Below, in pieces: positions 13,682 through 25,500 of a stretch of DNA of 64,000 nt. The stretch covers positions 5,456,001 through 5,520,000 of the forward strand of contig CM102287.1 in the NCBI GenBank assembly GCA_046563655.1, written 5' to 3'. Origin of the DNA: Yuukianura sp. NJ FZ-2021. Its lineage: Eukaryota. The translations under genes were made by a program, and so were the position numbers. Positions within the stretch are counted from its first letter, which is position 1, and each line of letters opens with the position of its first letter. The notes under the pieces were generated by a model. The model saw nothing but the letters and a program-made list of their open reading frames with translations. It did no database searches and was not told the DNA's origin.

Positions 13682-16600
13682 ACTCCCCTTCCTACTTACT
13701 GCACAAACTGTTCTAAAATGAAATTTAAAAAACAGGATCAAACTTCAAGGTTAAAGGGAATGTGAAACAGAAGATGATCCACGGTCGAAATGATCTTCCA
13801 CAATAAAAATAGACGCATCCGTACCGTCTGTCTTTGATATTACAAAAAAAAATGAAAACAGTGAAAGCATTCTTTTCGCTTTGGTAATTCAACACTGAAC
13901 TTCATAATTTTAAGTTTTGTCAAATGCTCCTTATGTTTGTTTTTTAGGCATGAAAATTGGCTTTCGAAGTTCAATTTTGGAATTTCAAATTTGCAAAAAC
14001 ATGATTTTTGATGGGAAATTTTGGAATTTTTTAACTCAATTTTGGGTGTTAAACCAAAAATTTCTTGAAATTTTTGCTGATCCGTAAACAAAGGTTGTGA
14101 AAGTTGATACTTAAATAAGCCATAAGGGCTAGGCGGAGCCCTTGAAGCTTATTAGGAGCCCTTAATGCTATTAGAGCATTTGCCCATTATGTCAATTACT
14201 TCATCGTCCCTTGGCTCCAAATTCCTCCAAGAAATACTACCATATGCTAAAAACTTGGAAAAAGCTTAAGCTAGGTTAGGTTATGTAGCTAAGTAGTTAT
14301 AGTTACTCCCTCCTCTCTTGTTTCCTTTTACCCTCTAAAAATAATGAGATCGTTCCTTACGAGGAAATCGGATTGGATGGATTTAATGGTTCGGAGGAGC
14401 TCCCTTCTTATTTTTTCTTCTTCAACATAGCATATAGGGATTAGGTTTAATTCTTCCGGGACCCTTAAGTTTTGAGGAATAAGGGCATGATGTAATTGCA
14501 TTGTTGTCTAAGGGTATTCACAGTGTCACAGGAGCCCTTGGACCAAGTCCCTCTTTGTCCCCAATTCATGTTTTGTCATTCACCACTTTTCTTGTCATTG
14601 TCCTCCAAGAGAGGAAAAGGCGTCTGAGCCCTTAGAAATAAGGCTTCTGTTCCTGCTCAAAAAACGACATGGAATTCCGATTGCAGTTGCCCTCTCAGAT
14701 GACACCACCTCCATGATTATGTTCCTGGACTCTTTTGTTCAAATCCTGTCAAGGCAGATGGAAGGTTTTCAAGTTTAGGAGTCAGCTTAGTAAGGGAAAT
14801 AGTAAGGTAAAGTGCACAAGGTGTGGAGTTAGGCTAGACATGGCCTAACTTAGCCTAAATCGAACCTAAGTTAGGCTGGTGGCATAACCTAACCGAAGCT
14901 AGAGGGAGGAGAAACACAGAGGACAATGGAGGAAAGGAGTTCACAGGAAATTGCACTGCCGGTTTCTAATCTACAAAATCTAAACGCACTCTGCGATGCT
15001 TCAAAATGAAAACCTGCGAAACAATTAATACGGAAATAAACTAAAGTATTTCAGTTCCGGTTCTAACTTTGCCCTGGAGCTATACAACGTCAACAGAATT
15101 TTAAACATTTTGAATTTTGGAATTTCCGAAACCAAAATTTTGAAGATTGGTTGAAAAAATTTCTCACAACCAAATCGCCACTGAGACAAGTTTTCACAAT
15201 TTTGCAGTGAATGCTCCGGATTTTCCACAGTTAAGCTTGTGTGAACTTGCTTCTGTAAAATGAGTTGTGACTTTGATTGGAGCGTCGTGGTAAACTGGCC
15301 TCGTTTTCTCACATTTTCAGCGTTTTGCGTTTTAGGACGTTCTGGAAGGGAGTTTGAAATTATTAGAATTTTGGAGCCGAACAACAAAGAGGCGGAGTTT
15401 CACTTTAAAAATTTCCAACTGAACCTCATAATTTGAAAATTCTGAAGCAGTGGCGGCAGAACTGTGGTTTAAAATAGGATTTCCTCAGTGAAATGCCATT
15501 TGCGCTTCCTCCATAAGTCCAAAATGCTCCATTTCCAGTGATGTTCTGAACATTAAAAGTAGATTGGTATGGCTGATAATGATGATTATGAGGAGAAGCC
15601 CTGATGCTCCAGAAACGACGTCGTCCATTACCACCAGAATCCCGCAATTCAATGGGGTGCTGGCAGAAAAGATGCGAATCTCCACCAAAGTTAGCCTAAC
15701 ATAACATAACCAGCAGCAGTAGAGAGTAACCCGTCCTTTGGCAGTTGGAGAAAGCAAAGACAAAAGAGAAAGTTTGAAATGTTTGAAATTCCCTCCTGTT
15801 TTTCTCAGTCTTTAATTTCAGACATTAATTTCACGAAAGCAGCTCTCTTTGTCAGGTTAGCGTTTCGGTTAGGCTAAGATTCCGCTGGAGGTGACACACA
15901 CAATTAGGTTAACGGATAGGATTTAAGTTAGGTTGGGGTGAGGTTAATGAAAAAAGCAAGTCTCGCCATTTTTATAATCTGTTAGTCGAAGTCTGTCTCC
16001 GACATTTAGGATGGAAAGCCATTGTCATTTTGGCCTTTCTTTGACCAAATTCTGCCTAACCTGATGGAATTTTGAGTGAAGCTCATTTGCTCTAAGGCTA
16101 TGTTAGACTAATCCTAACCTAATCTTCCCGCTGAAGCTTAAGTTTAGTAGTAGCCTAACTTAGGAGCTTGGAGCAAGTTTAGAAAGTTGACAGAAGTAGT
16201 GCGGACCATGAAAATTTCGCCTTTTGGTTAGAACTCCCTCGAGGCTTTCTTGTGTCAGCCATTCGTCGGATGCGTTGCAGGGTAGGTTAGGCTGAAGTAA
16301 GGTTTAGGAGAAAGTGAAAGCTGGTTTTCTTTTATGTGCTGGACGAAACAAAGGAATTCCGCATGTCAGGCCCAGATGAGTTACAAAGCCTTCTCTGCGT
16401 TTCAAATTAAGACCCGAGAGAACGATAGGGTGAAAGCACCGGAACCGACTTCTGTCCTCGTCCTTGACTCTGTTCATCTCAAAAGCTTTCTCAGAAGTTA
16501 AACAACCGTGAACATGTGATACATAAAGGCATGTCCAGAGGATCGAATCCCAGAGCCAGTGCAGCACAGAAAAAAAATTGTCTTGAAAGTGCTTCAGACG

Positions 16601-19600
16601 AAATGAGCTGAAGCTTGTGATGCATTTCCGATGGCGGAACAGGAAAGGATTGACAAGCGAAAAGGAAAAGAGAAGCTGAACTTTGCCTAAACCTAACCTA
16701 GTCCAAACCTCGAAGAAAGTAGGAGAAATTGGTCCGTTTTTCTCAATCTGAGTTGCTGGGTGAACTTTGAACATTTGTCACAATGACACGACAGCTTGTA
16801 CTCTGTTTTCTGCTTACTTCGCCTGAAGCTGACTATACCTAATGTTAGACTGAACCTAGGCTAACCGTCGTAAGATCCTCCATCAAATGCTTACAGTTAC
16901 ATTTGAAACCTCCCTCCAAGTGGTACGGTTCTGTGAGGTTAGGAAGATGAATGGAACCAGACATTTTTGGTACGGGTTCCAAAGGTTCCAGTATTTTTTT
17001 GTGACGGTAAAACCCGGGAGAAAGCTCAAGTCACTCGGTGACATTAGAATCCGAGTGACAGAAATGCATCAGCATCCCACTGAGACGCCACACTCACTCT
17101 CTCGCCTTAAAAAAACGGAAAGAAAATAACAACAACGCTGCTGTTACTGCTGAGCGCCAAAGTTGACTGCGGAGGGGTCCAAAAAAGGCTCTTAGGCCAT
17201 CGCTCTCAGCAGCGCGTCGAGCGACGCCACGTCAGCTTTGCTCCAAAGGCGAAAGTCAAGAAAAATAAATGGGAAAAGTCACAATTTACATTATTCTGAA
17301 CTTTCACTTTTTCCAAAAAATCCACCCTCTAACATTTTTTTTTCTAAAAAAAATGCTAGCTCAACACAACCGTCGCGACTTTCCTTTGATTCTGTCCAGT
17401 GCTCTGTGCTGATGGTGTGAAAAGCGACACTTTCTTTTTTCGCTTTTCAAATTCAGGAAAAACGAGACGCTAATAACGCTTTCAGCTTAAAAAAGCGCAA
17501 ACGGAAAGACAAACAGTTGACAGCTGAGTGGACATTGGAATCGTTGCTTTCACTTTCAGTGCTTTCCCTGTCACCAAAATCTTACGTCTTCCGTTACCTT
17601 AAGCTAGTCTTGCCTAACCTAACGTGTCCCTAGCCTAACGTGAAATACTAGTGAAAGTGGACAGGCCCTAGGTGTGGAACATGTTTATTTCCTAATGGAG
17701 ACAATTTTATGAGACATCAAACAGGTGCGAGAAATTCAATAACTTTCTCTGCTTTCACCAGCGGCCCCACAGGCTCCAAGTCATTGTGTTTTCTACTCCT
17801 AAGGCTTAGCCTAATGCAAACCTAACGCAGTCTAGCCTTAGCTTAAACCTGAGAAAAGAAGGAATTCCTTTCAAAAGGCAGCCAAAGCCTTTCCGCTGGG
17901 TTTTTCTCGTGGAATGAAATTGGAGAAAAAGTTTTATGGTAAAAGTGAAAAGCATTTCTTTTTGATTGCCCAAAATTCCGCGCCTTTTTGCCCAAAGTTA
18001 GCTCCTTACTTTCACTTCCTTCCACAAGTTAAAAAGAGCCTCCAACATGAATTGAAAAAATTCTTGAAAGTTTTTTACGCAGAAAATTTTGTTCTTTAGC
18101 AGTAGTGCTGGACATCACTTGGACTTGAAGAATTTTAAAAGGAATTTTCTTCTACTTTGCTCGTAACTTTTTGGATGTTTTCCAAAAAAAATCCACCTTT
18201 GAAATCTAAAATCAAGTTCTAGCTCTCAAGTTCCGATTTTAGAGTACATTTGAGGCGTTTTCTCCTCTAAAAATTTTTTATACTACCAAAAAAAAGTTTT
18301 TATCAAAACTTTTTTTTGTCCAAAAAAGTTTATTATGCACAACATAGGATTTACGTGAATGCCTAAATTACTCTTCGCCCTGGCACGACTGTTGTGGTGG
18401 GCAGGGTTCTCAAATGATCGTAATTCCAAGATCCAAACCCCATAATCTTCATATGATTAGCCCTAGGTGTGTTGTTTCTCAAAATGTACAAAGACTGTGT
18501 CTCTCTAGAACAATGAATCATCCGATGTAATGTCAGGAATGATGTGCTTTTACGTTATTTTTTTGTTATGTTGAGAAAAACAAAGAAAGAAGAGACAATC
18601 AAGGTGGAGGATAAGTACTGTCTTTAAGTGGCTCAGATTCAAATAATTTCCAAGATCTCTGAACCAGACAGAGGAGGAAGGAGGCGGAACCTGTGAAGAA
18701 CGGAAGAATTGTCCATAGTCCATGTGGTGGTCTCTCGGCAGAATAATAACCTAACCACCTAACCTAAACCTAACATAACAACCACAATATTTCCTATTCT
18801 TCTGCATTCAATGGAACCACCCTCCTTTTCCATGTACCTCTCTTCGTCTTTGTACTGCGTTCAACAGTCACCATTGCTTGAAGTGACTCCGTGGTCAGAG
18901 TACCCACTGTCGTCAATTCACAAAAGTTCGGGGCGAAGACTCTTGATTCTTTTGAATTGAACGAGTAAAGTCAGTGGTCTGCTGATTCTATTGAAGAACC
19001 ATGACAAATGTGTTTCAAAATCAACAAATCCTGTCCAGAAAGTCCATAGACCCACCAGAGAGTCTAAAAAACTAACTTCAAGTTTATAGAATTCAAAATC
19101 TTGAATTTGAACTTAAATTCTAAAAAATACTTGAAGAAAATCACTCTATTTTGGTTAATATAAAGTGTAACTTTGGTTTAGCAGGTTAGACTTTAAAGTT
19201 TTTTTTTGTACTAAAAACCAGGATAAAATTGAATTTTTTGTTTCTGATTTTTTTATATGCATCTCTGTTTGAATCTCTTTTCTTAAAGATTGTGTTTTCA
19301 AAGTTGTTGGTCTTTTGTGCATCTTCTTGTTTTCACAGAATCTGAGTCTATGCACCCTCATCAAAGAAGCTGAAAAGACATGGACAATGTTACAGGTTTG
19401 AAAGGAGCGCAAATGACTTCTTGGGACGCCCGAGTCGTTTTCTTCCGTCGTGCCTCACTGCTTTTCCTTTGAACATTTGGAAAAGGCATCTGTACTGATG
19501 ATGGTGATGGTGACTAACAGCAGACCATCAGTTCGTTCGGTTAGGCCAAATGACTTCTACGAACCAGCAGCCAAAGAATTGAATGGACCAAGGAATCTTT

Positions 19601-21820
19601 AAATGGAAATGTAAAAACCTATTCTGTTCTGCTGATTCGTAGGATGCGGGCAAAGGATAATGAAAAATACAAGTCATGCTGTAACTCAGAAGCTGCGGTT
19701 CTGGAACATTTTCAAGAAATTAAAGTTGTAACAACTGATTAATAGGATTACACACTCGGAAACCTCAAGTTCTTTGATGTGGAAACTTAAATTTTAGAAA
19801 TTAGAAACGTGTTTGACCAAAACTAATCGGGAACGTTTTCCTTTGAACTCAATATGTTTGATTTGAACTAACCTAACCCAACAAAGTCTAGTCTAACCTA
19901 AATCCGACCGAAATCATTGAAAGTGAAAGGTAGTTGGAGCTGAATGCTTGATCGACTGGAGACTTGAAGAGCCTCATCCGTTCCGTCAGAGCCACTTTGA
20001 ATCCTTTCTCCTTTCGTTCCAAACACATCAACAACTTCACAGAAGAACCCTTTGAGATATTTACAAATGTTAGAGTTTCACAGAGACACAAACGGAAATC
20101 AAAGGGAAATTTCTACTTTGAAAATACAAACTTGAAACGAAAAAGAAAGCATTTCCAAAGGGCAAAATGGGAAAACGATAGTTTTGAAAACCCCGAAAAC
20201 CGGGCATTTCTATTTCTGGAGCAGAAACTTTCATCTTTTTATTTCAAAGTTTTAAATAATATTTTTTGTTTACTCTCGTGAAAGCTTTTGTTTATACAGA
20301 GTGAGTAATGAGACCATTTCGTTTCCTTTGGGCAATAAATTCCGTTTTTTTCTCTGTTCCAAGAAATTTGAGAAATGGGAATCGATGCTAAGCGTGGAGC
20401 CTCAAGCACAAAAATTCTGCAGAAAACAGACTCTCCATAGTCCAAAAAGTCCGTCGTTTTGGGCAGTGAGGCATAGGAATTGTGTCTTTCTTCTTTTTTT
20501 CTTGTGTCGGAGACTTTCACGAAAAGAGAAAGTCCAATGGACCTATTGAGGACTTTTGAAAGCTCTCTTTTGCTCTGCTGTTTCTTTGGCAAGGGGATCG
20601 ATGGGATCCTCTTTCTGCTTCGCCGACATCGATTTCTTCTTTCTTTTTTCTTCAACGATTCTCATTCACTTTCTTCACTTAAAACCGAAAAACCGCTTCA
20701 ACAAAACCCGTTTTCCGCAAAATCATTTTTCTTTAGAGTTGCTTCCATTCTACTTAAGTGTCTTGTCTTACTTCGCATGTAGAAAAATCGAAAGTGAAAA
20801 TCAGCAGCATAACCCAATTTTGCTTAGCTTTGCTTGATCTAGATTTGGATTTTTTTAAAGTAGGTTTGCTATAAGTTAGTATGCTACGTAGACGTTGTTT
20901 CACATTATGTTTTAGGTTATGACACATTATGTTTTGAGTTGAACATGCTTATGTTTCTTAGATTTGACTCTGAAATCTGTTGTGAACTTTCTCTCAAATG
21001 GGAATATGATTGAGATTAAGTTAGGCGGAGCATGTAGTGTTGGCTCAAATGCAAAAACTATTACCATCAATCACCTACTCTTAAGGTAAGCAAACAGCCA
21101 TCACGTTCCGCTCACTATTTTCTTTCCCATTTTCTTTTTCACTCTAACTTAGGAATTGCAATTTTTCTCAATTTTAATTTTTTGTTGTTACTTTTTGAAA
21201 CAGCACCATAAGGTTTTTCCGTCTGAGAGTCTCGTTAGTTAGTCATCTAATAACAATAATAATTCCAGAGTTACAAATTGGTAAGTAATGATGATGGTAA
21301 GAGATGAGACTGCAAATAAATAAGACTACCTGTCGTCTGTTTCTTTTCATTTTAACAATAACTACAACATAAAAATCCTCCCCTGATGTAAGTTTTTTCA
21401 TTCAACTCAAAACAAATCCAACATGGATTAGCCACAAACTATTTCCTTTGAAATTGTTACACTAAAAAACGAAAGGCGCTCGACCATAATTTGATGTTCT
21501 GGTCATGCTTTTCCCATCCTCACTGCACATCATATTCAACTTATACTTGGGCATAGTGATGATGCAATTTACTTTTCGATTTTTTTTAGAATATTAGAGA
21601 GTCATTTGCGTCATTGTGAGCGCATGTTTTCCAGTCCGAGAAAGGCGGAGTTGTAACACTTTTTGTTTGAATTGAAAGAACATCAGCAACGCTTGAGCGC
21701 AAATCTTCTGAAACTCATCAGCAGAATAGAAACTGTGATGCCAAGGCATTGAAGTGCTAATTATCCAAGATCTCATAAGGAACAGACGCTGATTCTGGGA
21801 GCTCCAAACACAATCCCAGC

Positions 21821-21840
21821 TCATCATCATCATCATCATC
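21821..21840. repeat. (TCA)n microsatellite
   Basis: tcatcatcatcatcatcatc, which gives the poly-Met run in ORF 21594..21899. Confidence 0.8.
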
Positions 21841-24800
21841 CTGCTAATTGTATCTCTGGCTCTTACTAACAAAGAAAAGGGGACCCTTAAGGGCTCCACT
21901 GCTCAGTTTCTCAGAAGATGCACAACGTCAATTCTAATTTTCTCTTGACACTTTTCTCTGTCAACTGGAATCGATTCTCTATTATGACTTCGAACTTTTT
22001 TCAAAACAGTTCCTTTGAGGCACAAAATACTTTACTGAAAAATGAGTTTCTGGATTTTGCTGACACTTTCGCAGTAGGAGAAAGAGAGAAAAAATGTTGA
22101 GCATAGTAAACTTTGTGACAAAAATTTGCTTTTACTTTACCCTGAAGCAGAGCTATGAAAAGCAAAAGAAAATATGGAGTTTTCTCAAAGTGGAATGTAA
22201 TGACTTATGAAATCAGCGCTGGATCATGAACCATCAAAACTTACGACATGACTTTTACGATATGCTGGATCACCTAAGGTTAAAAGTTATATTAGATTAG
22301 GATTTAGGATAACCTAACCTTTCATAGCAAAATGAACAGCACGGTGTGTTCTGCGACGATCAACACAACCTAACGTTTGCAGCAAGATAAGAAGAAACAG
22401 AAGAAAGTTAAATTGCATAGCTGGAAAGTCGCTTAGAAAAGTAGTACCAAATGTACAACTTGTTTCACAATCCGTCTCCCAGTTCTGGCCAAATGCTTCT
22501 TCGTCAGTTCGTTTTCCAGTTTATTTCTTGAAACCGCGTTTCGCAATAAATAAATTGTTTGATTAATTATCAATAATTATAATTAATGTAAAAAAAAAAA
22601 ACGTTGTCCATTGTCTTCAACAGTGACAGTAAGTTTCTTTTATAGATTTTTTTTCCCTCGCAAAGAAGCGGATTTCGTTTTTGGCATTTCTGGAGTATTT
22701 CAAGGTACAATTAGGCAACTGAGCAACATATCCTAGCTTACCTTACGGTTAAGGTGACACAGATCAACCTAAGATACTTTGAGTTAGTAAGGATAGTATA
22801 CAGATAATCAGATTAGTCCATGGTAGTACCTTCCCTTTGCTTGTCAAGCCTCTGCTCTTCACTCCTTCAAATTTGTGTACTTTCACTTTCTTTCCACTTT
22901 CTCCTGCAAGCGGCAGCGGCAAATAAAAAAGTTTTTTCCATTGATCTTAACTTGGCTGTTCTTCCTTTTGTCTTGTTTGAGCATCAAGGATTCTGGAAGC
23001 GTCTCCTCTTAGCTTTCAAATGTACAATTAAATTGGATTGGAGTCGGAAGCGGAGCGGAGGAAGAAGAAGCCTTTGACAAAATCAATCCTCCACATAAAA
23101 AGGCAGAGTTGTAACACTTTCCATTCACTTTAATTGGACTGAATCTTCAATGTTCTCAGCCTCCTTGACTCAAGTTGAAAAAAAATGCAAAGGAAAATGA
23201 AATATTGAGGTGATGAAAGAATCAGAGTTCGAAATCAGAAAATTACAATTCAAATTAAGGCTGAAGTTAAATCGGAGGCAGGTTTTTGTGTCTCGAAGCA
23301 GTCTTTAGGAATTTTGCGTGTAGCTAAACGTTCATGATTTTCGATTTTTTTACATTTCCTGTGCTAAATTCCAGATCTTTTAAAAAGATAAAGTATTTTT
23401 TTTAAAAAAACAGAAAGTAGAAAACTAACTGTGTTAAAAAGTTAAAAGCTTCTGAAATTCTACAAACACTGGAGTACTTCATTCAAATTCAAAAACTGAA
23501 TTTTCGCATTTTAATTTGAGAAATATAATTTTGAAATTTTTACGTAGCGTTTAATTCTCGATTTTCGCAGTCGCAAAAACAAAATACTGAGAAAAAAATA
23601 CAATGTTTAAAACTGTTAATAATCAATAAACTATAATTATTTGGAAATCAAAAACTGAAAATATGACACAAAATGTAGTGAATAGTTTCAGGTTATGTTG
23701 GGAGGAAGCCGTTTTAACTGTAGCTGCATCCGTTTCATTTACAACTAATTGTTTCAGACAGACAATTTTTTTCAAAAGTTGTTTTGTCTTAAGTTGGACA
23801 AGTTCTCACGTCATGTCTTATTTCAATATTGATTGTTAAGTGTGTAAGTTGCAATTGTCTTTTGAATTACCCTGAAGAGTACTGTTACTCGTAATTGCTT
23901 TTAACCAATCCGCATGCTCCGTTTGAAGAGGATTTCAAATGCTACCAAACTGAAAAACACTTCAACCTCAACCTAGCAATTATCTTCCAGTTCCACTTCC
24001 CTCACCCTTCGCTACTTATGTACTAACAGTGTTAAAGACTTTGACCTTGCAAATTTTCTGTAACTTTGCAATAACTTTTATGCGAGACACGGACACGATC
24101 ATTTGCTTATGAAATTGGGAATAAGCACAGTACATTGATTACGGAGCTTGTAAAATTTGAACGTGATTCTTCTGCCACTTATTCCTCCCTTTGTTTTGAA
24201 TTCTCTTGGGATAATTACTGTAATAGGTTTAAGGGGGTGAACGAGTTTGAAAGATTTAGAAACAGGTTACGTTTGAAACAAAAAATTTGAAAATTTTAAG
24301 CAAGTGGAGATTTTAACTGGGCGATTAAATGTAAAAGCTAAGACTAAAAGATTCCTTGAGATCCAAATGCTTTCAACTAATTGACACGGATGACAAAGCG
24401 TAGACTGAAACAAGTTCTAAATCTTCCTGTCAGTTTGTTTGTTACCTGTCATATTCTGCTACAACTCTCCGTGTCTCACATCTTTTCAATCTTTGATTCT
24501 TTCTCTTTTGAACGTTAGGTTAAAAGTGAAGAAGCCGCAGAAGGGCTGTTAAGCGACTCCTTAGTTACCTTTGCGTGTGGATTCCTATGAAACCAAGATT
24601 TTTTTTTGAAAAGTGAATTAATGAATTGCAGTTCTCAGCAGTGATCTCTGGGATCTCATAATTCTCATAGCCTTGGCAGTTAGCTCATAATTTCTGGAAT
24701 GAAAATGAACTGAAGTGCTGAGAGAACAGAATCTTGTGGCGTAGTTATTATTTCCAGAAGATTCATTTCAGTTTTTTAACGGATCGTAATTTATTTCCAG

Positions 24801-24855
24801 AAAGCTATTTCATACAAATGATCTGCAGTCTGCTGACTTGGCCAAAATCACTTGC

Positions 24856-25500
24856 TTAGTATTTTGAAAAGTATTTCACTTTAGAATTTTGAATTTCGTT
24901 TTGAAATTTCCCAGATTCCAAAACCTTGAGCGGGTGAATGTGAAGTCGCTTAAACTTTCTCTTAACGTGGCGGGAATCGACCATTTTAGGTATATTTTCC
25001 ATAAAGCATGTACAGAATTCCTTCTCTTCTTCTCCGATTACCTTTGACCTGCAGATGAGCGGCTGCTTTGGTCTTAGAATATCGTGTTTCCAAGCTAGTC
25101 GACACTGAGCAATTCTGCAACTAAATTGTTCTAACGGTGTAGCAACTGGTCGGCATTGCTCTTTACCAGTACCGTCATCTTCCACTTGGCAATTGCAGAT
25201 TCCGTTCTTTTTGTTACAAAAAGTGTAAAATCCTATGGCAGTTCTATTTTGCTGGCAGCGTCTGTGACAGTCTTTGACACTTCCATGACACCAAGTCAAC
25301 TCAGCTCCAATTTCGTTTTCCATCTGTCATGTCAATTTACAAAATTACGCTTTTACAACTTTTAACGCTTTTGAAGTTGAGAATTATTGTATTGACAATG
25401 AATAATTCCAAAATGATTTCCGTACCAGCGAACAGAGACAGAACAGACACAAGATGGAAACAAATGGTTTTGAAATTGCAGTCTTCCAAAAGTGAGCCAT
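24856..25500 (-). CDS. Secreted cysteine-rich protein with two tandem defensin/CS-alpha-beta-like six-Cys modules (2 exons: 25500-25426, 25323-24856; about 180 aa)
   Basis: Exon 1 encodes the signal-peptide-like MAHFWKTAISKPFVSILCLFCLCSL and ends at donor ctg|GTACGG. A 102-nt phase-0 intron ends gacAG|atg. Exon 2 has C-x6-C-x3-C-x12-C-x6-C-x-C and C-x11-C-x4-C-x16-C-x12-C-x-C followed by a basic tail. AATAAA lies about 60 nt after the stop (24795-24790). The 3' end is less certain. Confidence 0.72.

Noticed and set aside
836..23077. The many 60-160 aa ORFs in the left third
   Set aside because: Mostly non-ATG starts, F/K/S/L-biased composition typical of AT-rich non-coding DNA, and no domains.
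23700..24850. Further exons of the Cys-rich gene
   Set aside because: Coding-like composition, but stops in the frames I read and no consistent Cys spacing.
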